A stretch of DNA of 64,000 nucleotides from Schmidtea polychroa (Eukaryota), in assembly GCA_044892525.1 (NCBI GenBank), contig CM097885.1, forward strand, positions 225,060,001 through 225,124,000, in the 5' to 3' direction. The position numbers and the translations under genes are program-made. The notes below the pieces were generated by a model. The model worked only from the letters and a program-made list of their open reading frames with translations. It did no database searches and was not told the DNA's origin. Shown here piece after piece: positions 14,299 to 27,098 of this stretch. Position 1 is the first letter of the stretch, and the number at the start of each line of letters is the position of its first letter.

Positions 14299-14513
14299 GA
14301 AAACGCCAATCAAACATTCTTTTCACAATATATTTCAACAGTTTTCCAGTTATCATCAGGTAATATATAATAACTATATAAATTAAGGATTTAAGAAAAA
14401 TTTAATTTTATTAATTATATAAAAAATTTTTATTTAATAAAAACATTTCATTCTTTTTAAAAATTATAATTAAAATAATATATTATTCGCCCAATGTATA
14501 TCATTTTATAAAT

Positions 14514-15788
14514 GTATGGGCTTCCAAAAATCCATAAAGATGACGTGCCTATGAGACGTGTTTATCATTGATTGGCACTGCCCAGTATAAAATAGCCAAA
14601 TTTTTGGATGGATTATTAAAACCATTAAAACGATCAGAATTCGAATGTAAAGATAGTTTTGAATTTGTTTCCTGCATTGCACAATATGATAGACAAAGTG
14701 TGGATGAAATTATGGTTTGGTTTGATGTTTGTAGTCTGTTTACTAATGTACCATTAGTTGAAACAATTGAATTACGTTGCTTGTTATGGAATGAAAACAT
14801 CTCTGAACATCATATTTTGGATTGAAGAGCATTTCGTGAATTTCTTGAATTTGCTACTTCAAAAATCAATTTTCTTTTCAATAATGATTGGTATCAACAA
14901 AAAGATTAAGTTGCTATGGGTTCTCCTTTAGCACCAACGATGGCTTCAATTTTTTTTAGCAAGCTTAGAAAAGAAAATTGCATTTTTCCAATGTATGAAA
15001 CCCACTGTTTATAAACGGTATGTGGATGATATTTTTCTTATATTTGAAAATCAGAGGCATGTTGATCCGTTTTTGCATTATACGAATAGTCTAAATAAAA
15101 CATTGTATTCGCATGTGAAACGGAGAAAAAATCATCATTTGGTTTCTTGGATCTGTTAATACAACGCAAAGAGAAACACTATGAGACAGAGATTTATAGA
15201 AAACCAATTGATACTGGTCTCTATACTTCATCCGAAAGCTTTTGTGAATTCAAGTATAAAGGAAATATGGTGAAGGGGTTGATTTATCGTGCATGGTCCT
15301 TGTCTTCTACTTTTAAAAATTCAGTAAAAAGTGTTGACATATTGGTTGAATTGTTAATGAAGAACGGTTATTCAAAATCCTTTTTAGTAATTATGGTGAA
15401 AGAGGCTGTTGACAAATTTCTTAAAAATCCTAAGGATCCATGTTTGAGAAAATTTGGGTGTGATGTTGTTGAGATGTGTGAGTCTGATGAGTTTAAATCT
15501 GGGTGTGATTTTGTTGAGGTGTGTGAGTCTGATGAGTTAAATAAATTAAATAGTGTGATCAAGAATGATGAGCCTAAATTTGTGTTAGTATTGCCGTACT
15601 CAGAAGGTTTTAAGGATTATAAAGTAAAGATAAGAAAGCAGTTAAGGAATTTAAACTATAGGATAGTGTCAAGTTCATGGAAAGTACGCAATGCGTTTAT
15701 TATTAAGTCAAAGACTCCGGTCGAATTGTGTTCCGATCTCGTTTACCAGTTTACATGTAATTGGTGTAATGCCACATACATTGGATAA
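14514..15788 (+). mobile_element. Penelope-like retroelement copy 2: degraded RT, truncated in the GIY-YIG domain
   Basis: YGLPKIHK, FDVCSLFTNVP, AMGSPLAPTMA, RYVDDIFL, TEIYRKPIDTGLY, VYQFTCNWCNATYIG*; several stops and frameshifts. Confidence 0.9.
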
Positions 15789-17059
15789 AAATAAAAATAA
15801 TAATAAAAATACAAAAATTGAAAAATAAGTTAAATTAATAAAATAAAAAATAAGATCTTAAAATGAATATCTATTAACACCCAAAAATCCAGCAATAAAA
15901 TATTTTAACTTACAAAAAAATAAGTGAAAATTACCAAAATTTACCACTGATATTTTGTAGATTTTAAATAATCTGTGATTTTTTTAACTATTGATTTTTT
16001 CCTTTATACTATAATTTTGTATTGAAAATTTCAAAAAATCTTTCTTATTTTTGTAGAAATTTTTGACAATTTTTACTGAGAACACCATCAAAATGAAAAT
16101 CTAATCATTTGTTACATAAATGAAAATGAAGAAAGTTTACTTTAGTTTTCAATGATAAGAGGACAATGTGATGAGTATATAATTACATTTTATACCGATT
16201 CTCACATGGTTGATGTAACTTACTGCTTTGCTGGGATTTCTACAGAACGCACAGGTGCCAATGCTACCCGCAGCAGGGGAGTTATCCAATATCTGTGGTT
16301 TGGCTGTTTCCGTATTACGGTATCCTCAGCACCGGTTAAGTCAAGACTGTTTTGCAAATGCTTGTTCACAAACTTCATGCGATCACCTGAAGCAAGTAGG
16401 GAAATTGAGAACGTAAATTTTGCAACTTATTTTCAGATGATAAATTCATTAATTAATTTTCATTTATTTAATTGAATTAATAACATGTAAAATCGATGAA
16501 AAGAATTTTATAAACTTAAGCACATTTTTAAATATAATTATATAATTTATCAATTTCTGAAATTTTCCGTAAACTTAAATTTGTAATAAGTGGCGTTTTA
16601 GAAATGAAAAATAAATCCCAGAACTTCCTGAGACCGAAATCTAATATTAGACATCTTAACCCTACAATACGCAAATCTTTTGAATGAAATTAAAAAAAAT
16701 AATTAAAAAAAAATTCAGCCGTATAAAATTATTTGTGTATGAAATCTAACATTGAAATTTATTTACAGTTTACACAAGGATTTTTCAAATTAAAAACAAT
16801 GCGTATCAACTCGCCTATCTGATGTGCTTGTATTTATTGACAAAATAATATGACGTCTTAAATTTGATACAATGCGTATTGTAAGATTAATGTTAATTTG
16901 AACTATTTTGTGCAAATTCATACATTATTAATATCCTTTGAATAGGCAATAATTAAAATAATTGAAATAAATGTCATCTAGTTCAACAGTCAGAAGCCGT
17001 CTTCTATTCCTTAGATTTGACATAAATATTTTCAAACTCTATAATTTTTGTCACTATTG

Positions 17060-17400
17060 ACTTATCTTTATTGTTTGACACGAAGAAATAAACTTGAATA
17101 AACTTCAAAAATTAATAATCAGACGGAGCTACTTTTGGATTATAAAAAAGGTGAGGTGATAATTCAACGGTATCTAATTCTTTGATCTTTTGTAAAACCT
17201 TTCTAAATATATTGATGAAAGTTATCTTGTTGATGAATCGTTCGCTTCCGGTTCACTAAATCTAGTTCCCAAATAAAATCATAAAAGGTAATATAACTTT
17301 CGCTTAAGTTTTCTAAATTTTTGTAATGTTTTGATACCCAGAGAATATCCAAGGTAGGATAGGAGTTTTTTGGTGGGTTTGCTAAAACCTGATTTTGCTA
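17060..17400 (-). mobile_element. Decayed mariner transposase C-terminal fragment
   Basis: Minus-strand LVNRKRTIHQQDN and ELSPHLFYNPKVAPSDY resemble the mariner HQDN and HPPYSPDLAPSDY motifs. Confidence 0.5.
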
Positions 17401-17533
17401 TCTATCCTAGGGTATTTTCATTTACAAAGATATGTTGACTAAAACTTTTCTTAGCATTATTAATCTTTAGAAACAATCAACTAACTGTTTTTTTCTATAA
17501 TGACATTAAGATCTTCAAGATGAAATATTCACA

Positions 17534-17981
17534 TAGGCTTGCCAACTCTCCTGTTTTAGTCAGGAGTCTCCTGGAATCGGCTTTCGTCTCCCGTCTCCCG
17601 GTTAAATATGGCCCGGGAGATGTAAACCTCCCGTCTTTCAGTTTTTACAATATTTTACAATTTTTCAAGAAAAAGTTCAGTTTTTGAAGTTTTAACTTTT
17701 ATTTCTCTAAAATCACCAAAGCTATTGGAGTCAGCCCGACGACATATAAATACAATTTTAAAAACAAACAAAAATAGCATGATTTGGTAACTGTACTATG
17801 CAATATGTAAAAATAATTGTTTTGTTTAAATCTTTATAGTATTAGTGATCATATAGTTAAAATCACTTACACGTGTAAACCAAAAAAGTGAAAAAACACC
17901 TGTTACATTATTTCTTAAGCGTTATACTGTTCGCAATTTTATTATCTCCCGGGTTCGAGGTTGTGGGAGTTGGCAACCCTA
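17534..17981. mobile_element. hAT-type MITE, 448 bp
   Basis: TIR TAGGCTTGCCAACTC / GAGTTGGCAACCCTA; CTCCCG subterminal repeats; TSD not preserved. Confidence 0.72.
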
Positions 17982-18019
17982 TATCGAAGTTTTATGTATA
18001 GCAATAGTTCATATCCACA

Positions 18020-18192
18020 TTAGAAATCATTTTGTATCAGCTGCTCAAAAATTGCAATATTTTTCTCTTCATAATTTTCGATCCTTGGTTCATCATTATA
18101 AGAATCCTCAAAATCATCTTCATAGTGGTCAATACTTTCTTCATGTATTGTTTGAGAAGATTCATGGTTTTTATAAAAATAATCAAAATCTC
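18020..18192 (-). CDS. Candidate terminal exon of an unidentified gene (acidic peptide)
   Basis: AG acceptor followed by 57 open codons: DFDYFYKNHESSQTIHEESIDHYEDDFEDSYNDEPRIENYEEKNIAIFEQLIQNDF*. No upstream exon could be joined in frame. Confidence 0.35.
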
Positions 18193-18779
18193 CTAATATT
18201 GTGATTCAATTTTACCTGAGCAAGTTCTACCTTACTTTAACGTCATTGAAGCACCATCACAAGTAGTACATTCGATATCCATTTCAAGATTTATGTTGAA
18301 TATAAGCAGGGGATTTTTGACTTTATCGACCATTTAATCTGCATTAGAAGATCCTAGAATAGCAATTAGCCCTAGATTTATGCATTATTCGTTTCATTCA
18401 AATATCTATATTTTCTTAAACTTGTCCATCCATCACTGGTGATACTGTTGTTGTTTCGAACTATTTTACATTTTTCAATAATTTTAATCATCTCCACTTT
18501 CTTTGTTTAAAAATTATTTTGTATTAATTTCATTACACTAGTTTCGCAGTTTGGTAAGGAATTAAAATTTAACTGAAATTGAATTACGAATTAATGCAAA
18601 TTTCGTTATAATACGAATTGAAATTTTATCAACCGCTGCCAGCTTTGATAATATATTTTCCAAAGTTTGGAATCCAAATTGTCTCGCTTAACAAAACCTA
18701 ATATTGAAGTTGAAGCTCTTGGAATTTTAGTCGTATATTGTTCATTGTTAACAGTTTCGTTTATACAAATCTTATGAAC

Positions 18780-19254
18780 TGTTAGGATCCTCATCCGTTA
18801 AAACATTAATATCGGTTTGCAAATTACTAGATAATTCCATAAATTTTATTTAATATCCTCAAACACTCAAAACTTATCTTTTCTTTTGTTTGTTCTTTAA
18901 AAAAAATTTCTAATTAAAACTTTTAGAATCTTTCATCTTCCTCATATCCCGCTTCTTAAAAGATTTTTTAAGTTTTTCCACGTTACTTTCAATCTTTTTA
19001 CCATTCTCGTTTCTTGAGATAGGTCGTCTGTCATGCACTTTCTCGATCACTTTATGTGGTCCCTCATATCTGTCCTACCTTTTGTTGCGTGTTTCTAATT
19101 TTACTAACACGACTTCTCCTACGTTGAATTTCCTCCTTGTTTGTTCTTGTTCTTCCTTTACCTGTTTTTCTTTTGACCCGTACCATTTTTCCTTGCTATT
19201 CTTTTTCCAAACACTATCTCTGCCGGCTTTTTCCTCTCGTTTTTTGTTTAGTTG
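18780..19254 (-). mobile_element. Gypsy element D, 3' part: integrase C-terminus, PPT and 3' LTR (18780-18946); same family as element C
   Basis: Reverse complement aligns to 30890-31403 (SKEKWYGSKE..GEVVLVKLETR). PPT AAGAAGCGGGA is followed by an LTR reading TATGAGGAAG...CCTAACA. Confidence 0.85.
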
Positions 19255-19399
19255 TGTAGTGTAATGCATAATCTATGCATAATCTATGTCGTACAAGGCG
19301 AGAATGGGTATATATGCATAAACATATGCATGTGAGAGGGAGGTTAGAAAACTCTTCATGCAAGAACCGGCTTGGGATATGTAGAAAAATAGAACGATT

Positions 19400-22300
19400 T
19401 TATTAATGAATCAAATGGCACAGTAAATAAACTCACGAAGGATGAAAAATAAATGACAAAAAGGCAATAGAAGCAATATTAGACAAAATTAAAGAAAGAT
19501 TGTGTTCAAATATTAATGAGCCTGATAAGCCTGAATTGATGAAAACACTAAAAAATAATAAAGATATTTTAGGTAAATACAAGATGGACATCGAAGAATC
19601 TGAGGAAGTGAAACATTACATTGACACCGGAAATACAAGACCAATAGCGTTTTAGCCACGAACGGTTCCGATAGGATTAGAAAAAGAGGTTCATCATAAG
19701 GTAAAAGATTTAATAGATGCAGGTATAATTAGACCGAGTTCATCACCATGGAATTTTCCTATAGTGGTGGTAAAAAAGAAAAATGGGGATATAAGAATGT
19801 GTGTCGATTATCGAGCACGCAATGCTAAGACGGCTAGACCGATTTTCCCAATACAAGCTGCATAGGAGTTATTTGATACCATTGGTGGGGCCAGATATTT
19901 TACTACGCTATATTTATCAAGTGGGTATTATCAAGTACCAATTGACGAAAAGGATATACAGAAAACGGCTTTTAGTACAAAATATGAGCAATTTAAGTTC
20001 ACCAGAATGCCTTTCGGACTTTGTTCAGTTCCTGCTACATTTCAAAAACTCATGGACATGGTTCTAAGGAAAGAAAATTGGATTAATTGCGTTGTGTATC
20101 TGGATGACGTGTTGAATTTTTGAAGAACATTAGAAGAACATAATGAACGACTTGATAAAGTGCTAGGGCGCATCAGAGAATCTGGACTTAAATTATCGCA
20201 TGATAATTGTATATTTTTAAAGACAGAGGTTAGCTATCTAGGTCATATCATAAATAAGGAAGGTTGTTAAAACAGATCCAGAGAAAATCAAAAGTATCAG
20301 TTCATGGGAAATTCAAGCATGTAAAAAATAGTTGCAGTGGTTCTTGGGATTTTGCAATTACTATGCAGAGAAGAGACTTCAGAGAAATTGAGTGTGATTG
20401 AGCAGTTTCCAGCGGAATGAGGACAGAAAAGCAGCGTTCTATGAGCTAAAGCGGTTATTGTTCTCTCCACCATTGTTGGCATTACCAATCAAGAAAGAGC
20501 AATATATTTTAGACACTGATGTATCACATAATTGCATTGGAGCTGTCTTGTTGCAGATAATAGAAGGCGAGGAAAGAGTACTATGTTATGCGTCAAAAAC
20601 TATGAGTAAGTGTCAGAGACAGTATTGCATAACAAGGAAAGATCTACTGGCAATTTATAAATTTGTGTTAAAATTTAAGCATTATCTACTTGGATCCAAA
20701 TTTATAGTAAAGACTGATCACCAAGATTGAAGTGGATTTTGAATTGGGATAGCCAAAATACATATCTCAATATTGTGTTTGGAGAGCTGAATTAGAAGGT
20801 TTTGACATTGTGGTCGAATATAGGAAAGGCACTGAGCATGTTAACGCTGATGCAATGTCACGATTACCACCATGTGAACAATGTATGATCACCCAAGGTG
20901 ACCCTAAGAAATGGAGAAATGTCAAAGTATACAAGGATGAAGATTTTGAGGAAAATGACCATGAACCTGAAAGGACAATAAATCAAATAGTCAAGGAAGA
21001 GGATGATTGGGGACAAGACAAGGATGCAGATATTCGGTTTATAATTAATTTGATGGAGAAAGGTGATTATTTAACTGAAGAAAATCCAAGCAATTTAAAG
21101 AATGGCAGTAAAGAACTAAAAGAATTATGGGCTCTTAAAACACATTAGAGATTGCGAGGTGGTTTACTATATATATGCCGGGATGATAAATAGTTATTGG
21201 TGGTACCAAGAACGGAAAGAGATTCCATCATTAAGCAGTTTCATTCCTGTTTAGCGCCTACAGGTATTGAAAAGACAATTGGAGCCATTAAAAATGAATT
21301 TTATTGGCCAGTCATGGATAAAGAGATACGGGAAGTTATTGTAACCTGTAAGGAATGTTTGTATAATAAGAACTTAAACGGGCGATTTAAAGCACCTTTT
21401 CAAAACGTTGTGGGTGAAAGATCTTTCCAGATTATTAGAATCGACATAACAGAACCCTTTAAACCAACAACTGTGGGTTACAGATATATACTTGGAATTC
21501 TCGATTATTTCTCGAAGTATATAAGTTTAATACCAATGGCAGCGATAGAAGCACCGAAGGTTGCAAAAGAACTATGGAGAAACTGGATATCAAAATTTGG
21601 TGTCCCAGAAAGAATACACTCGGATCGTGGAAGTAATTTTCAATCACAATTTCTCCTTGAATACATTATTTAGAAACAAGACACTTTTTGAATTTGTAAA
21701 TCTTTATTATTACATATTTAAACAAAGTTTAAATAATTAGATTATTATAAATACCTATAGTATTTATAATAATTATTTAATTGATTTGGCTACATAGCCC
21801 TCCGCCGAGATCATGGAGTGATCTATTAGATTCTTGGAGATGGGCTGCTTTGAGTTTGTCTACCGATATTCGAAAAGTCGTCGTTGGTAATTGAATTTAA
21901 AATGTTTTAAAATCTGAACTTCGGCTAATTACCCTATATGGTCCGTCATATACAGGCTTGAGGGTGGTTCTTGATTCGACTTTGAGCCACACGTGAGTAG
22001 ATTCCTTCAGCTCGCTCGGTAGGAATGGTTTCCAATTTTGATTTCTTTTCCTTCTGATTATGATATCGCCAGGTAGCCGTCATCAGTTCCAAAAACACTT
22101 TGGCTCGGTGATACATTTGTTTCTTTAGAGATGACATTGCGAAGTCCAAGTAGAACTGACGGAAGTTCATTTGAGTGTGCTGCTTTAAGAGTTCTATGGA
22201 ACCTTTCAACTTTGCCATTACATTGTGGATAATATAGTGTGGTGTGTCTGAATTTTTGACATTGAATTTTTGACACATCTCTCTGAATATAGCCGAGATA

Positions 22301-25300
22301 AATTGCTTGCCATTGTCTGTGATGATGATTTCTGGAACTCCATAGCGGCATATCCACTCGGTCTCCAGGGTTCTCGTTATTATGTTGCTTGTTATTTCAG
22401 AGATCGGGATGGCCTCCGACCAAGAAGTATATCTGTCAATAATAGTATGAATATATTTTTTGTTGTTTACCTGTGGTAAAGGACCAACAATGTCCACGTG
22501 AATAACTTTCAATTTTCCTAGATTTGAAAGCTTTTTGAGTGCTGATTTCGTGTGCCTGCTTATTTTGTTTTTCTGATATTTCTCACAGTTTTTGCACCAT
22601 TTTCGGATTTGTGCTCGCATAAGTGGTCATACGTATTTAGACGATATTAGCCTAATCGTCGCGTTTGCTCCCGGGTGGCATATATTGTGGAGCCGTTTAA
22701 ATTCAACAAACTGGTGGCTCTCTGGCAGGACTATTCGTTGTGATCCTGTTGAAATGTTTACAAATATTCCATCTTCCTTCCTTTGAATTTCAAATGTGGG
22801 AAAAATTTCTAACATTTTGAAGAATGATAGCTCTTTCTGTTGCTGGATGATTTCAGTTTGTGTTATCTGTATTGAGTGAATATGTGTTTCTTCATTGGCG
22901 TTGTCACTGGCTCCCATTTGCCTGGATAGAAAATCTGCAACCAAATTATCTTTGCCCCTTATGTGATTGATCTTTACATCGAATTCACTTATGAACTGGA
23001 TCCACCACCATTGCCGATTTGATGGCTATTTCATTGTGTTTAGGTAGATCAGTGGTTTATGATCGGTAAGTAATTCAAAACTGTTGCCCCCCAGGTGATG
23101 CTTGAAATTTTTGATGACCAGGTAAACTGCTAGCAGTTCTCTGTCAAATGTTGTATACCTGCGTTCCGTACTATTTAGTTTTATTGAAAAGAAGCTGATG
23201 GGTGTGAGTTTGTCATCGCTATTTCTGTGATTGAAATTTGCGCCAATGCCTATCTCTGATGCGTCCGCACATAGAATGAAAGTTCGCCTTGAATTTGGGA
23301 GGGTCAACTCGACAATTTCTTGCAGTTTCTTTTTTGCCGCCTCAAAGGAGAGAGTATGTTGTTCAGTCCATAAGAACTTGCGTTTGTCCTTGATACTAAC
23401 TGAAACTAAATCATGTAGTGGTGCAATTATTTCTGCCAGGTTTGGAGTTAGCCAGTGATAAAATGTTATTGCTCCTATGAATCTTCGAAGTGATTTTGGA
23501 AGTGATTTTGGACATGATGAAATTGTTTATATTTTGTCTGGTTGTGGTGATATTCCTGAACCTCAAATGTTAAATCCAAGGAATTTTACTTCTGTTTGAG
23601 TCGTGCAGCACTTATTTTCATTGATGGACAAATTTGCGTCTTGTAATACTTTCCGAATGACTGTAAGTGACCATGATGTTCTTCCCTAGACTTCGAGAAG
23701 ATGATTATATCATTTATGTACGCTCTGACAAATTCTCTGTACGGGTGAAGAAGTTTGTTAATGAACCGTTGGAAGGTCTGCGACCCATTTTTTAATCCAA
23801 ATGGCATTTTTAAATATTCATATAATCCAAATGGCGTGATTATTGCCATTTTTGCTATATCAGTTTTTGAGATGTGGATTTGATGATATGCCTTCTCTAA
23901 GTCGATGGTTGAGAATATTTGGTTCCCTCCCAGTTGATCGAGCATATCAGTTATTCTCGGTAATGGGTATCTGTCTGACTTTGTTGCTGCATTCAAAAAT
24001 GGGGATACCCAGTTGCTTTTACTTTGTCGCAAAATGCCTTTTGCGATTAACTCATTAAATTCCTTTTCCATCATTTCTAAATACTTCCCACTTAGGCGTC
24101 TAGCTGATTGTGCAATTGCTGGGCATGATGTCTCTATCTCCAATGCGTGCTCAAGAAGAACTTAGTTGATATTTTCAGGAGCAGACCTTTCTCTGACTTC
24201 TGTCGTATTTTCACAAATGTAGATCTTAGCATTTCTACAGTCAATCACAAATGGCCTGCTAGAAAATCTGCTCCTAGAATCGGGTAGTTTACATCTGCAA
24301 CCACGAAGCTCCATCTTAAGTTCTGCTCTATGTTTGAAATCCTGGAATTTAGCGTCTTCAAACCATACATTTTGATGTTGCCGTTATGGGCTGAAACAAG
24401 TTTAATAGGCACGTCTCTAGAATCAGGAGTAAATGCATTTGTTGGAATGACGCTGACATCCGCTCCAGAATCCACGAGGAAATTGTATGTTCTGTCGCTC
24501 TGAAAAATTGGCGCAGTGAATATGGCTTGGATTTTTGTCGACTGCTGAGTATTGTCCCTCTGTCGTCGACATCAAAGATATCATTGGTCTTTTCACGTAT
24601 ATGATGACTTAGTCCAATGACATGGCTGTTCGCGTTTTCGGGCATCTTTCCCAAATCTTCTGTGAAAATAGCATATAGGATTCATTGTTGACAGTTTGTT
24701 GTATTGACTGGATTTGTTATTTGATTTTATAGCACTGATTTGATTTTGGAGATTTTCTATTGTCTGTTGATACTGGATTTCGGCTTGTTGTCGATTTTCC
24801 ACTTTAGATATAACATGATTTTCGATGCCATGTGTAAGTTTGCAATGTTTGCCAGATCATCAATATCCGCTTTCTTTCACACTAATAAGTGTTGTATGTG
24901 AACTGGCATGCAATTTATAAATTGAAATCTCAGGATCTGGCTCGTTTGTGGGTTTCCATTCGGTTCCATTAGTTTGTAACAGCGCTTGAGTTCCCCGAGC
25001 AATCGACTTGGTTTTCGGTCACCAAGTTCTTGTTTCTGCAGCAATTTTTTGGCAGCCTCTGTTGTCGATCCTTTTGATTCCCTGATTATTGCGTCTTTTA
25101 ACGTCGAATACGGCAGTTTAATTTGTGGGTCCTGTAGATCCGAGTATTTTTCGAGGATTCTTGGTGGTAGACTAGTAAGGAGATGAAAATATTTTCATTT
25201 TTCATTTTTTATTGATGCCAGCTCGAGTGCAGCATCAACTTGTTGGAACCACGCTACCAGGTTGTCGAAGAAAATCGGTATCTTCATCTAGATGTGACTA

Positions 25301-26371
25301 CTTTCATGAGCCACACTTCTGACACCTATGTTTTCATTTTCAGAATACATTATTTAGAAACAAGACACTTTTTGAATCTGTAAATTTTTATTATTACATA
25401 ATTAAACAAAGTTTAAATAATTGGATTATTATAAATACCTATAGTATTTATAATAATTATTTAATTGATTTGGCTACACTGTAAAGTCTTGGGTATTCAA
25501 AAAACCTTCACTTCACCATATTATCCTCAAAGTGATGGTCTGGTGGAAAGATTGTTTGGAACGGCTAAAAGTATAATAGGCACGGTGTTGGAAGAAAGTG
25601 CGACAAGGGATTGGAGCATGATTCTACCAACCATAGAATTTGGGTTTAGAACCACTAAACAGAAAACCACCAAACATTCCCCATACGAGATTGTATTTGG
25701 AAAGAAAGCAAAACTTCTAATCGGACCGGCTAGAGTACTAGGAGAGAAAATTACAAATTATGATGACTATGTAGAACAACTACAGATATACAGACAATTC
25801 AAAAGAAAGTTAGACGTATTACTGAAGAAAGTATGAAGAAAATTACAGAAAGATATAATTAAAATCGATGAAATAAGGAAGCACGGATCGAAGATCTAGT
25901 GATGGTTAGAAACGAAGACAGAAAAAGTTTTGAAAGGAAATTCGTAGGCCCATTTATTATTCAGAAAATAAAAAGCAAATGGACATTTATATTATATAGT
26001 GATAAATTAAGGAAGACAATAATAAGAAACTTCAATCAAATCAAAGTAATCAAGGACATAGGTAAGAAATTCGAGATAGAGAATATTACAGAGAAAACCA
26101 ATATTTGGTCAAGAAAATCGAGCGTAAAAACAAAAGAGAGAAAGATTTATCCAAAGAGAGACAAGAAATTCAAACCCACGATACTACTTCGATTGTTGGC
26201 GAGGGGGATGTTATATAGATTAAATTAATATTTAATTCATATATTATAATTTTAAAGTTTTTATTCGAAAGAATTTAAAATTAACATAATTTAAAATTGT
26301 TTCAATAATTTATTTATTGGAATATATATTTTGAACTATTTCTTATTTTATAATTTTATAGATATATAACA
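19400..26371 (+). mobile_element. Gypsy element A: degraded RT-RNaseH-integrase, PPT and 3' LTR (26209-26371). 5' LTR and gag are absent. Interrupted by element B
   Basis: SSSPWNFPIVVVKKK, RMPFGL, YLDD, LDTDVS, KTDH, HSDRGSNF|CKVLGIQKTFTSPYYPQSDGLVER, GPF. PPT GGCGAGGGGGA is followed by an LTR reading TGTTATATA...TATATAACA. Many stops and frameshifts. Confidence 0.88.
21659..25478 (-). mobile_element. Gypsy element B (CsRN1/Mag-like), degraded gag-PR-RT-RH-INT with two LTRs (25329-25478; 21659-21794, terminally clipped)
   Basis: Direct repeats about 136 bp long. PBS-like AGGTGTCAGAAGTG (tRNA-Leu type) follows the 5' LTR. gag KIPIFFDNLVAWFQQVDAA, protease DSGADVSVIP, RT MPFGLKN..YINDII, RH LCADASEIGIG, INT HVDIVGPLP..DNGKQF. 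PPT GGCGGAGGGCTA. Confidence 0.9.
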
Positions 26372-26563
26372 AATCTCCTTCCGTAGAGATAGTGCTTAAA
26401 ATGAATACAAAAATAGTATTCCGCCAATAATTCCTTTATTGTAATACAATATCCTTTGTCATGGCTCGTCATCGAGTGTGATTCATACGCAATTACTCTC
26501 TCCTTTCCATCTATATCTCTTTGTGAAAGCACTGCTCCAATGGTATCAAAACTGGCATCAGTA
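26372..26563 (-). mobile_element. Gypsy element D, RNase H fragment (continues at 31887-32007)
   Basis: Reverse complement reads TDASFDTIGAVLSQRDIDGKERVIAYESHSMTSHDKGYCITIKELLAEYYFCIHFKHYLYGRR, paralogous to 29765-29938 of element C. Confidence 0.88.
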
Positions 26564-27085
26564 CAGTAAACCCCCGCAATTACGACCTAATTGGTTGCTG
26601 AAAATAAGTCGTAATGTGAGCAGTCGTAAAGAGAGGTTTTATTTCCCATTGACCCAATGTCATAAATAGCTAATTCGTCGTAGGTCTTGAATTTCGCCTA
26701 TCTATTCTTTAACAAAATAATTTCATGCAACTAAATGCGAGTATAAGTAACACAAAATCACTAACGTAGTTCGAAGATCAATTCATTAATAAAGGAAGCT
26801 TACACTTGCTACAGACAAATATATTATGAAAAAAAACCATCAGTTCAAAAAACATTAGATTGTTATTATGAGGAAGTTTTATAATGAAGAAATTTTTAAA
26901 TTAATTTTTAGATTAATTTTTAAAAAAACAAAATAAGAAGATATTTTAATTAAAAATATCTTCGTAGAAAATTTGTTTAAATAAGAAAGTTTAAAGAAGA
27001 TATAATTTGATTTTGATATTTACTGAAATAAAATTTATGGAAACAAAAACTGATTTTAATGTTTTACAGAATGAACCTCCTAATA

Positions 27086-27098
27086 TGGTGGCAGCGGT
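27086..27098 (+). promoter_or_regulatory. Primer-binding site of element C, tRNA-Leu type
   Basis: TGGTGGCAGCGGT directly abuts the LTR and is complementary to a tRNA 3' end ACCGCTGCCA-CCA, as in eukaryotic tRNA-Leu(AAG/TAG). Confidence 0.8.
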
